Below, piece by piece: positions 1 to 18,228 of a stretch of DNA of 64,000 bases (the stretch's first letter is position 1; each line of letters starts with the position of its first letter). Made by a program: the position numbers and the translations under genes. The DNA comes from Octopus vulgaris (taxonomy: Eukaryota), in contig OX597834.1 of assembly GCA_951406725.2 (NCBI GenBank), positions 44,206,001-44,270,000 of the forward strand, read 5' to 3'. The notes beneath the pieces were generated by a model. That model was not told the origin of the DNA and did not search any database. It worked only from the letters and a program-made list of their open reading frames with translations.

Positions 1-1850
<1,850 letters not shown>

Positions 1851-2755
1851 ATGGCTGCCATTCTATGAAGTCACGGAAATTTGGTGCTCCGTAAGGTGAA
1901 AAATTGTTTGTAATCTTTTGGGCCTTCTCAGGCCCCGTCTTTTCATTTTTTGTTGTAACCATTATATTTCTGAGATCGTCTAGATTGTACAGACAATATT
2001 TTTCTGTAGAAACACCTCCCGTTTTGCAGGGCTTGCGCATAAATAATTTTTGAATTTTTACTGCTTTCGGCAAAGACAAATATTTTGCAATTTTCTGTAA
2101 GTTTTTAAAGATGGCCGATAAAGGAGCATGAACACATACAGCAGGCTTCTTTCAGTTTCCGTCTACCATATTTACTCACAACGATTTGGTAGGTCCAAGG
2201 ATACCGAAGAAAGCACTTTTTCTGAGGTGCCACAGAGCGAGACTGAACCCAGAATCATGCGGTTGGGAAGCACACTTCTTACAAGTGTGTTCGGAGAGTG
2301 AAAAAAATTAACGAAAACCATTTGGAAAAATATAAGAAATAGAAATAGGAAAAATTATGAGAGAAAAACAACAAAAAAGGACCAGTGATGTGAGAAAATA
2401 TAATGTAAGTGTGCGCGCGCGTTTTGAATGATATACATACGTAGACAGATGAAGACAGCGACGTATACTCAGGCACAGATGCACATATATATGTGTATAT
2501 ATATATGTATATATATATACATATATATATGCATATATATACACATATATACATGCATTCATATATAAATATATATATATATATATATAAAATATGTAAT
2601 GTATATATATATATATATATACACATATATGCCTATGCATATATATATATATATATACATACATATGTATATGTAGACATATATGCATATGTACATGTAT
2701 ATATGTGCGAATGTATATGCATAGTTATGAATGTGTTGCTTTATAAGTGTGTGAG

Positions 2756-2786
<31 letters not shown>

Positions 2787-2839
2787 GAATGTATACATGT
2801 ATGTATGTTTGTATGCATGTCTAAATATATGTGTGTATA

Positions 2840-2870
<31 letters not shown>

Positions 2871-3799
2871 GTATATATATATGTATATATCTCCCAGAAG
2901 ATAAAGCGGACACAAGCAAGAAATCACACAAACATAAACACACAGAAATGAACAAAAAATAAAAAAGTTCAAGACATCATTCTGAAGATGGTTGGCAGTC
3001 AAATTCTAGTTTGTGCTTCACCTTCTTGTGAATTGGGAAAATTACCTCCTATGTCACAGAAAATTTTTTCAAAAAAAAAAACCATCACAAAACACTCACA
3101 CACTCACATATCCAAAACACAGTCTTTTACGTATTTTTTTGAGTCGTTTTATATTTGTTTTCTTTTTTGTTTTTCCTTTATTCGTTTGTTGTTTGTTTAT
3201 AAACGTCGGTGCCATTGAACGTAACTATCTTGTCAGGATGTCTCAGTTGTATTTTTTTTTTCACCTGTCAGTTTTACCTCAAATTCTGAAGATCTGGTCA
3301 TTACAATATTTTTTAGGCAAACACCACCAGGCTGTCAGTATTTTGATGTATATAAAATGTGTGGGGTTTTGTGCTTGCATGCGTTCGTGTAGGTTCGTGT
3401 CTGAATGTTGGGTGGGTTGCTATTCATATCAATACATTTATAAGTTCATATTCACAAGTAGATGTAAATCTCAGCTTCCAAAGACAATTTTACCTACATT
3501 TATATATCATTACGACAATATAAATATGTATGTATGTGTGCGTGTATATACATACATACATACGTATATATGTATAAACATATACTTAAATAAATAAATA
3601 TATATATATATGTATATAAATCGATCTATATAAATAAATAAATATATACATATCAATAAATAAATGTATATAAATGTATATATACATTTACATACATACT
3701 TACGTACGTACATACATACATACATACGTACAGAAAATGAGATAGATAAATAGATGATAGATTAGATATAAAAATATGTTAATGAATACATAGAGAGAA

Positions 3800-3841
<42 letters not shown>

Positions 3842-4531
3842 CAGATATAGGGAGATAGAGAAGGCGTGTGTGTGTGAGTGTGTGTTTATGTGAGTGGTTG
3901 AGTTGTGTTTGTGTATGTATACATGCGAATAAACAAATACAAACAGATAATAGACATACTGCTATTAAATATATAAATATTTATGTGTGTGTATGTGTAT
4001 GTTTAATCAATAATTGTGAGTGCAACAAAATATATCCTGTTTCACTTGTGAATTCGCCAAGAAGAACTTTTGGTCCGTGGTTATCCAACTTATAGAGGGA
4101 ACCTAGATAGAAAAGCAATATATACCAGTAATAGCTGTCGAAGAACCCTCTAGCGAAAGAAAGCATACTTTGCTGCACTGACAATTGTAGATTAAACGTG
4201 CTGCTACACAGACTTCCGATATTGACGTCTTTCCTCTAAAATGCTTTACACCTTTCCTATCAAAGTGCCACATCAGGTATATACATCTACATACGTATAC
4301 ACACACACACGCTCGCGCACACGCACACACAGAGAGAATGGAGTGAGTAAAATGCCTTTACCACTTGATACGTAATGTACCAGAGGTTTTATGAAGCTTG
4401 CTATAAATGCATGTTTAACAATGTCATAAATACCCACTTACATATATGCGTATGTATGTGGGTGGGTGTCCCTGTGTATGTGTGAACGTACATGTATATA
4501 CATATATTTACCCACATGCACCCACTCACAA

Positions 4532-4592
<61 letters not shown>

Positions 4593-4593
4593 G

Positions 4594-4628
<35 letters not shown>

Positions 4629-4643
4629 TGTGTATGTGTGTGT

Positions 4644-4947
4644 GGAGGCGCAATGGCCCAGTGGTTAGGGCACCGGACTCGCGGTCGGAGGATCGCGGTT
4701 TCGATTCACAGATCGGGCGTTGTGTGTATTTATTGAGCAAAAGCACCTAAAGCTCCACGAGGCTCCGGCAGGGGGATGGTGGCGGCCCTTGTTATACTCT
4801 TACACCCCAACATTCTCTCTCTCTTTCTTCTTGTTTCTTGCGTAACACTGCGATGGACTGGCGTCCCGTCCAGCTGAGAGGAATACATACGCCACAGAAA
4901 CCGGGAAACCGAGCCCATGATCCTGGCTAGGCTTGAAAAGGGTGACG

Positions 4948-4948
<1 letters not shown>
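4644..4948 (+). mobile_element. tRNA-derived SINE, family A
   Basis: A-box tggcccagtgg, B-box ggtttcgattc, body ...gcgatggactggcgtcccgtccagct...agaaaccgggaaacc; homologous to the copies at 15360, 22352, 27078, 35652 and 62198. Confidence 0.85.
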
Positions 4949-4994
<46 letters not shown>

Positions 4995-5466
4995 CTAAAA
5001 TAGAGACGAAATGCAAACGATTAGGTAAGATATGACAAGGATATTTAATTTAATTCAGTCTCATTTAGCTACATAACGATATGTAAAAAAATAGGGGAAA
5101 ATTCTCTCACTACTTTAACCTACAAATACTGACTCAAAGGGGAGTCACCTTTACCCGTTTTGAACAAGGCAATCACATAAGCACAGCTTCAACTGCTGTT
5201 CAGACTGGAATTTTGGTGGCACACCTATTTGAGCACCGAGAACGCATACTTACTAGTTTGCGTCATATTGAAGAAAACTCCTCATATCCTTTATAATATA
5301 TATATATACACGTGAGTATTCTGATGCAATATCTACTAAATAACTAAGAAGATTATGAAACAGTTGTAAACGAATGGAATAAACTTCTACTTGCTCATTT
5401 CACTTCTCTCTTCTCTTCTATTCATACACACACTTATATATATTTTGTATTCAAGTATATATGTAT

Positions 5467-5510
<44 letters not shown>

Positions 5511-6478
5511 GTATATATATGTACACACACATATATATATACATACATATACATAAATGTACACACACTCTCTCACACACACACACACATATATTACATA
5601 TATAGAGAGTCATAGACAAAGATATGGAGAGATAAGTATATATTTACGCATATATATTATACACGCACGCTGACACACACACATAGATATGTGTATGCAT
5701 ATATATACACACAAGCATACAGTCATGAGTACACATGTATATATGTTTCTAGCGAAGCTACCACGAACACAGTTAATGTGGCGAGCACGAAATATTTAAT
5801 TAATTGTGACTATAAACCGTATGGGAGGGAGAAATAAAATATATATTTGCCAACACATTAATTTACAAATGTTCACACACGAACTAACAGACGTCTCCAT
5901 ACACATGCACTCTCACGCACGCACGCACTTATACAATTGTGAAATCGTTTCTATATACCACCGTGCATGGGTGTATATGTTAGCGATTCACTATATTTCC
6001 TTCAGGAAGGAACTTGTGTAGACGAGTGAATCAATGCAGCAGATGTCACTCTTTGTGTCACGACATGTTATCATGACAAGAGTTCTTGCCAATAATGGAA
6101 TAATTTTGCAGACAGTTGTAGAACCGTTTTATACAATTGATGAGTTTACGATATAACCATATAGAGTTCTTTTGCATTTCACGTAAAAACGCACACGTTC
6201 ACACGCATACATACACATACACGCGCGCGTACACACACATAACCTTTTCTCGTTTTGGCACCAGGCCTGGAATTTTGAGGGTGAGTAAGCCAATCGATAA
6301 CATCGACCCCAGTACCTGCTACTTATTTTATCGACCCGAACTCAGAACAGGGAGAAGGATGGAATGTCTCTAAGATGTTTTCCCGAAGTGCTAACGATTC
6401 TGCCGGCCCGTCATCTTTTGCACAGATGTATGATGCGAGTGATTATATACGTGAGCAACTGAGTGTGCATGCGTGTTT

Positions 6479-6534
<56 letters not shown>

Positions 6535-6594
6535 CACATATATATATATATATCCCTTCCGATCTCTCTTTCTCACTTTCGTTCTATCTATCTG

Positions 6595-6649
<55 letters not shown>

Positions 6650-6662
6650 GTCTATCTATCTG

Positions 6663-6821
<159 letters not shown>

Positions 6822-7426
6822 TTCTGTCTGTCTCTAAACATATAATGAATAAAGATATGCAGATCAGCAATCTTCTTTCCGGCATGTGGATGAGAAGAAA
6901 GCCACGATCTTTTTGAGTCACATTTGAGAGCTGAAGGTCAACAATACAGCCCAGATGATCATTTGGAGCGTCGAAGTGCGATCCACGCCACATTTTTAAC
7001 AAATCGCAGCGATGCCGGCTTTCTGCAGACTACTAAAAAACCGAAATATTTATCAAATGTAAGCATATGGACAAATTTATGTTTCCAAAATAGAGGACAC
7101 CACTTTCTCCAAATTTGTCTTGCAATCTCGAAGTCTCTAACCACGTTTCGTTTCTTTTTTTCGGTTTCTTTCTATTTTGACCCGTCTTTTTAAAATTTCA
7201 CTTTTCGCCTTTTGTTCCTTCTCGTCTTGCCTTGATTTTCTTTAAATACCAGCGTCCATTCTCGTTTTTCTTTTTCTAAAAAAACCAGACGTGTAGCATA
7301 TTTGAGAATGAAGGAAAGACTGCAAACAAGATATGAGATATATAAGCTTGCCAGTTGATTGCGTTTTACCAGCATCGAATGAGTGGCACTACCAGCATCA
7401 CAAACACTGTATGTGAAATATATGAA

Positions 7427-7458
<32 letters not shown>

Positions 7459-7469
7459 GCATATATAAG

Positions 7470-7548
<79 letters not shown>

Positions 7549-7762
7549 TATATAAGACACATTCAGCATATATACATATGTCTAGATATACAAGTATATA
7601 CCTAAGAAGACATACATAAAACAAAACATACAAATCTGCAGGTATACATACATACATACATACATACACACATACAGAGCAGCGACAATATACACGCTAT
7701 CAAAATTCGCATACACACACACACAAACAGTTATTAATGACGTTAAAATATACACATACACA

Positions 7763-7804
<42 letters not shown>

Positions 7805-8497
7805 CGCGCATAAATGCCACGACAATCTAAGAAACACGTACACACATATATACTTCTGTTGTTCACAATGGTACATTCACACACCGACCACATACATACG
7901 CAAATACACAAGGACACATATATGTCTACCTACACACAAGATATATGCACAAATACTTCCGAAACCATATACACATGCACACACACACATACACACACAC
8001 ACACACACATACACGCACACACACACTAGGTAACAATGAAGATTGCCTCCCTTTGTGAGCTCTTTCACTTTAGAACCGCTTTCTTTCCCTTCTCTCTTCC
8101 GTCTTGCAGAAAAATATAAAAACATGGACTCTTCTTCAAAAATACACGTGAATGAGTCGCATCGTCTCTTTTTTCATTTTCTTTTGCTCCCTTTTCCTCT
8201 TTCTTTCACTATTCCTTTCCGTTGAAGGACAAATAACTCGAAATGTCAAACATTTTTCCTTAAGTCATTCAGCGTTAAACTAGTATCATTTTTTTTTATC
8301 ATGGTATTTGTTGTCTCTATTCTCATAAGCTTTACACAGATACATACAGAATCACTTATTTACACTCATACAAACATGTCCTAGTGTACACGAACATGGT
8401 ACGGTTGTACAAGATTTATATATATATACATACACACACATATACATATAAACATACATACGCGCATACATAAATACATACACACAAACATATATAT

Positions 8498-8542
<45 letters not shown>

Positions 8543-8551
8543 TATATACAT

Positions 8552-8596
<45 letters not shown>

Positions 8597-8597
8597 G

Positions 8598-8630
<33 letters not shown>

Positions 8631-8772
8631 TACATGCTCATACACACACCAACATATATATGGTATGCTTAATCGCATGATTAGAGAACCAACAATTCTA
8701 AAACGGACACAATGCCTTTTGAATGTAGAGTGCATTTAATATCTTATGAACAATATCCACAGGCTATATATG

Positions 8773-8835
<63 letters not shown>

Positions 8836-9282
8836 GTATGTATATATATATGTATATATATACGTATGTATATATATATGTATGCGCGTATGTATGCTTA
8901 TATGTATATGTGTGTGCATGTATATGTCTATATATATATATTCATTATATAAACACAATCATTTATCTCATGCGCTTCCTGATATTTTTCTTCTCTCAGT
9001 ATTTCTTGAGTATGAAATCTTTGCGTATGATTTTGTCGATCAAATATCTGGATGTTACCAGGCGGGGCAGTAGTGGCGTGGGTATGCTGTAGTCAGTAGT
9101 AAACAAGAACGCATAGTCTTGTAATTCAGTATCAGAGTTGTTCTGTGCTGAAGCTTTGAAGATACCAAAAAAAAAAAAAAAAAATGATAAGAACAATAGC
9201 GAAAAAGTCGTAGTCTTTTTACGAATATCACAAATATCTATGAAGACATGATAGACTTACCGGAAAACGTTCCAGTGCAAAC

Positions 9283-9559
<277 letters not shown>

Positions 9560-9666
9560 ATATGTATTTGTATTTGTAAGTATATATACATATATATATG
9601 TACATCTCTCTCTCTCTCTCTCTCTTTCTGTGTATGTGCGTGTGTGGATATATATATATATATAAT

Positions 9667-9876
9667 TAGTTCAAATTTCCAGAAAACAAAACGAAGACAG
9701 GTGTAGGAGCAAAAAACAACAAGTAGGTGTATTAGTTTAACGCTTTGTATGAATGGTAAGTTTTTAATGTTTCGAGCCTACGCTCTTTGACAGAGAGGAT
9801 TAAGACGAAAAAACAAAGGAGAGAGAATGAACGAAAATGGAAAGAGAACAAATGTTTACGGATTAACGGTCCAACT
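9667..9876 (-). mobile_element. 'GAGC-GCTC' hammerhead family copy, degenerate; HHR at 9761-9798
   Basis: Minus strand CTGTCAA A GAGC gtag GCTC GAAA CA TT; shares gttgga.cgtta 5' end and cacctgtcttcgt with the 34822 copy; 3' end abuts (TA)n at about 9666. Confidence 0.6.
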
Positions 9877-10620
9877 AGATGAAATACTCAATCAACATTT
9901 CCTAAATACCCCTTACAGTGAGGATTTGGGAAACGCACACATCTACTGTTTAGAAACATCTAAATACGCGTTAGACATTGTAGTACAAAAATGACGGACG
10001 ACCATGACTATAAGGTCGTTGATGCTTCTCAAGGGTTATCTCAGTCTGAATGACATCAACAACAACGCGAAGAATAAAGAGAGTAGCATTAGTTGAATAA
10101 TTTATGCTAGAGACCACTAACTACTTTTGGAAGATTCTGCAGCGGGAGATTAAACTTAACCAATACAAAGATGTTTTAGCTATTGTAGTGAAATTAATTG
10201 AACCTCAACACCGGATATTGCTAATCTGTAAAATCACAATTAATGTTTCATTTGAAGTTTGCGTGCACTTGCACTCAATTGCGTGCATGTGTGTTTGAGG
10301 CGTCTGTGCTTGTATGTATAAGTATATGCACTATGTATGTGTGCGTATCACCCTCTATGAGATGCGTATTAGAGACCCAGTTTACTCCATTCATGCACTA
10401 CAATATACATGCATGTACATATATATAGGTATATGTATATATATGTGTGTATGTATATATGTATATGTGTATATATGTATATGTGTGTGTGTATATATAT
10501 ATACGCACACACAAGCTCTCGGATACACACGCGCACCTTCGTTTTGGGATCACCACTACTTTATTATCTCTCCCTTCTCCCTAGCTCTCCTGTGTGACAC
10601 TTCAATCCGGCATTCGCCAT

Positions 10621-11005
<385 letters not shown>

Positions 11006-11076
11006 TCTATCTATCTACCTATAATATTCACACATCCACACACACATGCGCACACACAAAAATATGACTTCGAGAA

Positions 11077-11308
11077 AAGCGGTGAACTGGCAGAGTCGTT
11101 AGCGCGCTGGACGATATGCCTAGTGGTATTTTGCCTGTCGTTACGTTCTGAGTTCAATTTCCGCCGAGGTCGACTTTGCCTTTCATCCTTTCGGAGTTGA
11201 TTAAATAAGTATCAGTTACGCACTGGGGTTGATGTAATCGACTTAATCCCTTTGCCTGTTCTTGTTTGTCCCCTCTATGTTAAGCCTCTCTGTGGGCAAT
11301 TAAGGAAT
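11077..11308 (+). mobile_element. SINE family B (central gcctttcatcctttcggggtcgataaa..aagtaccag domain), 17-bp TSD
   Basis: TSD AAATATGACTTCGAGAA at 11060-11076 and 11309-11325; many homologous copies in the window. Confidence 0.9.
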
Positions 11309-11419
11309 AAATATGACTTCGAGAAGCTATCACGAAGCATAGGTCCAGTTCAACAGGATGTGTTCCAGCTTAGAGAATCTGCATGAGTAAGCAGCGTCAT
11401 TCACAAGACCACACTGTCA

Positions 11420-11535
11420 CAAACAGATAGATAGATAGAATAATAGAAATACAGGCAGAGAGATAGGCAGGCAGACTGACAATTAGATTTATGGATGGAT
11501 AGATAGATAAGACAGATAGATAGATAGATAGATAT

Positions 11536-11593
<58 letters not shown>

Positions 11594-11796
11594 TGATAGA
11601 CAGACAGACTGACAGATAGATAGATAGATTAGATAGATAAAGTTGAGACAATATGTGGAAGAGGGAGAGAGAGAGAGGGAGGGAGAGGGAGAGAGACCCA
11701 ATATTGAAAATGGAATCGATGTTATATTTTCGAGGGTAGAGCAGAGGACATTGTAAGACAATAGAAAGCGATAGGAATGAGAATGTGTGTATGCGT

Positions 11797-11855
<59 letters not shown>

Positions 11856-11936
11856 TGAAATGTGTGAAAGTGAGAAAGCCTTAAGGGGAAGTGGAAAGTA
11901 AGTGGGGGGTAAATTGAATGTGAAGAGAGAATAAGT

Positions 11937-11968
<32 letters not shown>

Positions 11969-12534
11969 ACGAGAGAGAAGGGCAGAGGCGGAAGGGGAGG
12001 GAGAGACGAGATAGTAAACCGAGTATACTGTGAATTATGAGAAGAGTTGTATAAAAGGAGATGGGGAGAGTGACAGAGAGAAGAGACTGTAAGAAACATA
12101 GTTGTTGAGCGTTAGAGATAGATAGATAGATATATAGATAGATAGGGAGGGTGGGAGGGAGAGAGGGAAAGAGAGAAAAAGAGAGAGTGAGTGTGTGGAA
12201 GAAGTTGCTGATGGAGAGAGAAAAGCGGGAAAGCATGAAAGCAGAGAGAGATAGGGGGGGGGAAGGGAGAGGGGAGAGAGAGTGAGAGAGAGAGAGGGAA
12301 GGAGATGGCGGAAAAGATAGGAGAATGCGTTAGAGAGAGAGTAGCAACATAGAAAGGAGCAAGAGAGAGGATGATGGAGAAAAAGAGAGCAGAAGAAGGG
12401 GAGAGAAAAAAGTGAGAGGGAGAGAGAAGAAGAAACAAAGAAAGTAAGACAGAGGGGAGAGAGAGAGAGACAGAGACAGATAAAGGGAGATAAAGAGAAA
12501 GTGAGTGAGAGGCAAACGAGAGAGTGAATGAGAG

Positions 12535-12633
<99 letters not shown>

Positions 12634-12770
12634 CAGATAGATAGATAGATAGATAGATAGGGAGAGAGAGATAGACAGAGAGAAAGAGATGGACAGAGAA
12701 AGAGAGAGGGAGAGAGAGAGAGAGAGAGAGAGAGAAAGATAGAGAGAGACAGAGAGAGAGGGTAGAAAAA
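11420..12770. repeat. (GATA)n, (GA)n and purine-rich low-complexity block
   Basis: Direct reading; strong purine bias on the plus strand over about 1.3 kb. Confidence 0.9.
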
Positions 12771-13225
12771 TAAAAAGTTGTGACAATATTCGCGACATTA
12801 AACCGGCGGAAATTAGATTCTAGATAGTTTTAATTTAATTTTGATATCGTTTTCTAGTTTTCTACTTGTCTATTTTTTTATTGCATTGAGAGAGGTTTTT
12901 TTACGAAGTTTCTTATGTGTTTTTTCTTGTTTCTGTTTCACGGATTTTTCTTTCCATTTCTTCAATTTTACGTATTTATCTTTGTTAAGCAAGTTTTTTT
13001 TTCGTTTGTTTTTTTTTTTTTTTTGTATTCTTAATAACTTTTATTGTCTCCTTTTCTTTCTTTCTTTCTTTTATTTTTAACATTTACATTGTTTTTCTTT
13101 TTGTTTTTTTTTTATTTTGTCTTTCGGATTTGTAATTATTTGAAGAAAACGAAAATATAAACCTCTGGCATTTTCTGGTTAGTCAGCTTAAAATTCCAGC
13201 TGTTAAGTAATTCTTTGGATTAAGG

Positions 13226-13260
<35 letters not shown>

Positions 13261-13633
13261 CTACAAAAGCAGCAGCAGCAACATCAACATCAACATCAAC
13301 ATCAACATCAACAACAAAGATAAGTACGGCGACCACATTACCAACAATTGCCGTAAACATCATAACATCGTAATCAACAAAGGCAACAATAAGAGTAACA
13401 ATGATAAAATTACCATCACCGTCAATGAATTCATTACTATCATCATCATCATCATCACCACCACCATCATCATCATCATCACCACCACCATCATGATCAT
13501 CATCATCACCACCATCATCATCATCATCTTCATCATCATCATCACCACCACCATCATCATCATCTTCATCATCATCATCACCACCACCATCATCATCATC
13601 ACCATCATCATCATCATCTTCATCATCATCTTC

Positions 13634-13665
<32 letters not shown>

Positions 13666-13803
13666 CACCTTCCTCCTCCTCATTATCATCTTCATCACCA
13701 TCATCATCATCACCACCATCATCATCATCATCATCATCATCACCATCATCACCACCATCATCATCTTCCTCCTCCTCATCATCATCACCATCATCACCAT
13801 CAT

Positions 13804-14784
13804 GTTAGTTAGTTAGTTAGTTAATTTGGGTCAAAAGCAAATAGCAAGGCCATGTAGGGGGACATGGAGTTAAGTACAGGGTGGTGTTCATGTAAAGAGT
13901 TCAGGCCACTTGAGGTCCAGGGAGGCTTTGAACAAAGCGGTCGTCGGCATCTTCACCATCTCGTCTGGCAGCTTGTTCCACGGATCTGCAACCCGGACGG
14001 AGAAAGCTCCTCTCCTTCGATTGAGATGAAATCGTCGCAGGTAGAGCTTTTCGGAATGACCCCGCAGCCGACGCTCCGGAGCAGGAATGAAGAACAGCTC
14101 TTTCGAGAGGTTACACTTCCCGCTTATGATGTTGTGGGCGAGAATGAGATCACCACGGCGGCGGCGTTTTTCAAGAGAATAAAGGTCGAGCGTCCTCAGC
14201 CTTTCTTCGTAGGACAAATTTTTGCGACCATGAACCATGCGGGTAGCCAGCCTCTGGACTCTTTCGAGGTGCTGTATGTCTTTGAGGAGATAAGGAGAAG
14301 AGGCTTGAATCCCATATTCCAATATGGGTCTCACCAGCGTGACATAGAGTGGCAGGAATATGGCTGCTGTGAGCATTCCGAATGACCGTCGAATCAAAAA
14401 CAGAATTCCGCGCGCTTTGTTGGCAGCATGGACGCACTGGGCCGAAGGCGAAAAGGAGGAATCCACCAAGATACCCAGGTCCTTTACCTGATTGGTCCTC
14501 TCCAGCAGCAGACGACCCGGCTCGAAATCAAGTTGAGTTGCAGGAGGAGAGCCGACAGGCAGATGACAGCACTTTGACACGTTCAGACACAGGTCCCAAT
14601 CGTTAGACCACTTCCAAATTTGGTGGAGGCATCGACGAAGATCCTCTATACTACCGCGAGGAGCGACCAGTTTGATATCGTCGGCAAATAGAAGGGTGTG
14701 TTGCGTGAGGTCGTCGGGCAAGTCATTTATGAAGACTAAGAACAACAAGGGCCCAAGCACTGAACCTTGAGGCACGCCACTGCT
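13804..14784 (-). mobile_element. 5'-truncated CR1-clade LINE (RT C-terminal half, 3' UTR and (AACT)n tail) inserted in a (CAT)n tract
   Basis: SGVPQGSVLGPLLFLVFINDL..LFADDIKL..KDLG..LVRPILEY..LERVQR.ATR..SYEERL..LYSLEKRRRRGDLI..RGH..FSVRV..WN.LP..FK..LD; stop at 13888; 3' UTR hairpin ccatgt/acatgg (about 13850-13868); (AACT)n tail at 13804-13823. Confidence 0.92.
13888..14784 (-). pseudogene. Truncated LINE ORF2 reverse-transcriptase fragment (about 298 codons, uninterrupted)
   Basis: C-terminal part of track ORF 13888..15291; the poly-Met N-terminus is only the flanking (ATG)n microsatellite. Confidence 0.88.
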
Positions 14785-14865
14785 CATCATCATCTTCCTC
14801 CTCCTCCTCATCATCATCTTAATCACCACCACCACCATCATGATCATGATCATGATCATCATCAT

Positions 14866-14912
<47 letters not shown>

Positions 14913-14942
14913 CCACCACCACCACCACCACCATAATCGTCG

Positions 14943-15050
<108 letters not shown>

Positions 15051-15111
15051 CCACCACCACCACCACCACCATAATCGTCATCATCATCAACATCATCATC
15101 ATCATCACCAC

Positions 15112-15147
<36 letters not shown>

Positions 15148-15359
15148 TATGAACAACAACAACAACAGCAGCAACGTAAGTCCGCGTTCCACCATGGCCG
15201 TCGACGTCATCAGCATCATCACGATCACCATCGCCATTATAAAAAAAAAACTAACAAAATCAAACAACAACACTAACAACACTATTTCCAACTATCGTCA
15301 ACGACGGTCAGCGCGTCGACTGTCATCACTGACAGCAACAACAACAACAACCACTACGT

Positions 15360-15550
15360 GGAGGCACAATGGCCCAGTGGTTAGAGCAGCGGACACGCAG
15401 TCGTAAGAACCTGGTTTCGATTCCCAGACCGGCCGTTGTGAGTGTTTATTGAGCAAAAACACCTAAGCTCCACGAGGCTCCGGCGGGAGGGGGGTGAACC
15501 CCGCTGTACTCCTTCACCACAATTTTCTCTCACTTTTTCTTCCTACTTCT
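15360..15550 (+). mobile_element. SINE family A, 5' part
   Basis: Homology to the 4644 copy (head and aacacctaagctccacgaggctccgg). Confidence 0.8.
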
Positions 15551-15904
15551 GCCACAAATCAGAGGAACCATGGTGTAACCCACTATGGTGTGGTAAAACT
15601 TTCAGACCCTAGTCTAGATTGCGAGTCTAAACTAGGGTCTGCACCCGTAAAAAGCCACCGTTTACGGAATGAGCATAACAACGTAGCTTTCGCGCCCGTG
15701 CAACCGCCAGTGTTATCCTGTGCGTCTGTGTGAAAACATCAATTGTGTCTTATAGAATTTGCTTTATTTTTACCCCTAACTTTAAAATGGAGAAAGACAT
15801 ATTAAAACTATTTTTCTGTCTTGTTAAAATATCAGTGCACATATAAGTCTGTAGTGTGCATTACGTCTCTAACATTCTTATACGTGTTGTTTTGAGTCAT
15901 ATAT

Positions 15905-16226
15905 ATATTTAATCGACCCCGAAAGGATTAAAGGCAAAGTCGACCTCGGCGGAATTTGAACTCAGAACGTAGAGGCAGATTAAATACCTATTTCTTTACT
16001 ACGCACAAGAGGCTAAACACAGAGAGGACAAACAAGGACAGACAAAGGTATTAAGTCGATTATATCGAGCCCAGTGCGGGACTGGTTCTTAATTTATCGA
16101 CCCTGAAAGGATGAAAGGCAAAGTCGACCGTGGCGGAATTTGAACTCAGAACGGAACGTAGCGGCAGACGAAATACTGCTAAGCATTTTGCCCGGCGTGC
16201 TAACGTTTCTGCCATCTCGCCGCCAT
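15905..16226 (-). mobile_element. SINE family B plus a partial tandem unit
   Basis: Full copy about 15989-16226 fused to a partial second unit through the junction aaatacc|tatttctttactac. Confidence 0.85.
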
Positions 16227-16779
16227 TTATATAGATATTTCTATTCACACACACACACACACACACACACAACATCACGTATATGATACTAAATTCTATT
16301 TTTCGTGTAATTATGTTGAACGTCGAATGATGTGAGAAAATATCAAGTTGACGACATTAGGGTTATTAATTTTTCATATCAGTTACAAGATGTAGATTCC
16401 GGATCCGAACGCTTTGCATCCAGTTCTGTCAACTGAAGAGGCCAATTCCAAAGAATGATGAAAGATTTTAAAACTATTTCAAGCATAAAATATGTGATTG
16501 CAACAGCTGCCCAAGATCGTTTATCACATCTGAAGACAAAAAAAAAAAAAAAAAAAAGAAAAGAAAAAATGATCTTAACATATGCAAATTCTATAAAACG
16601 TATTTATATATTTATTTATTTATTTATTGTTGTTCGTTTCCCGATGAAAATATCATCATCATCACCATCAGCAGCAGCATCATTATCATCACGAGGTGCG
16701 ACGAAGATAACGGCCAGCTCTATCACCAGCACCAGCACCAGCACCACCACCTTCACCAATTGTTTATTATAATTACTGC

Positions 16780-16988
16780 ACAAGGCAGCAAGCTGGCAGA
16801 ATCGTTTGCACTCCGGGTTAAATGCTTAGTGTCATTTCGTCCGTCTTTACGTCCTGAGTTCAAATTCTACTGAGGTCGACTTTGCCTTTCATCCTTTCGA
16901 GGTCCATAAAATAAGTACCAGTTGTGTTCTGAGGTCGATGTAATTTTTCCCAAAAATTTTAGACCATGTGCGTGCCTTTAGTAGAAAG

Positions 16989-17055
<67 letters not shown>

Positions 17056-17056
17056 G

Positions 17057-17123
<67 letters not shown>

Positions 17124-17335
17124 GCGACGTGGCAGACTCATTAGAGCACCGAACGAAATGCTCAGCGGCATTTCGTCCCTCTTTACGTTCCGGGTTCAAG
17201 TTCCGCCGAGGTCGACTTTGCCTTTCATCCATCCTTTTGGGGTGGATAAATTAAGTACCGGTGAAACGCCGGGTTCGATGTATTTGACTAGTCCCCTCCC
17301 GCCAAATTTCAGTCATTCTGTCTATAGTAGAAACG
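16780..17335 (+). mobile_element. Two SINE family B copies (about 16780-16990 and 17118-17335), each followed by (ATT)n
   Basis: Both contain gaggtcgactttgcctttcatcc and end in ..tagtagaaa before long (ATT)n/(CAT)n tracts. Confidence 0.82.
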
Positions 17336-17394
<59 letters not shown>

Positions 17395-17464
17395 CATCAT
17401 TATCATTATTACTATTATTATTATTATTATTATTATCATTATTATTATCATTATCATCATTATC

Positions 17465-17496
<32 letters not shown>

Positions 17497-17584
17497 CATC
17501 ATCATCATCATCATCATTATTATTATTATTATTTTTATTATTATTATTATTATTATCATTATTATTATTATTATTATTATCATT

Positions 17585-17689
<105 letters not shown>

Positions 17690-18168
17690 GCATATACTCT
17701 TGGAGATTTGAAGAAATGAGACAAAAATAGAAATAAAATACAAAGAAATAGACTACAACCATTTATGTTTCTTTTACCAAGTTTTTCGCTAAAATATGAC
17801 AAGATGTATTTTTTCAAAATTTCGCACACGCGAAATAATATCAAAAATAACAAAAAGAAAATGTTAACACAAACATTACAAAACAACCTGTGTTTCAATG
17901 CTTCTTCAAAAGTTGGGCTTTGAGCAAAATAGAGCTCTTGAAGAAATCATTACAAACCATTTGTAAAGACTATCTTTTCCTTCCTGGAATTGATGCCTTC
18001 AATCATCTGCTCTTGGAGACTACTTTTAGATTACATCGCGAAAAGAACCGGTGCTTCACGCTGCAACATATATATATATATATATATATAATATATGGCG
18101 AGAGATAGATACATAAATAGATAAACAAAAAAAAAAATAGAGAGAGAGAGAGAGACAGATAGACAGAC

Positions 18169-18228
<60 letters not shown>

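Noticed and set aside
4644-4720. tRNA-like sequences at SINE heads
   Set aside because: A/B boxes are present but continue into SINE bodies without a complete cloverleaf; not tRNA genes.
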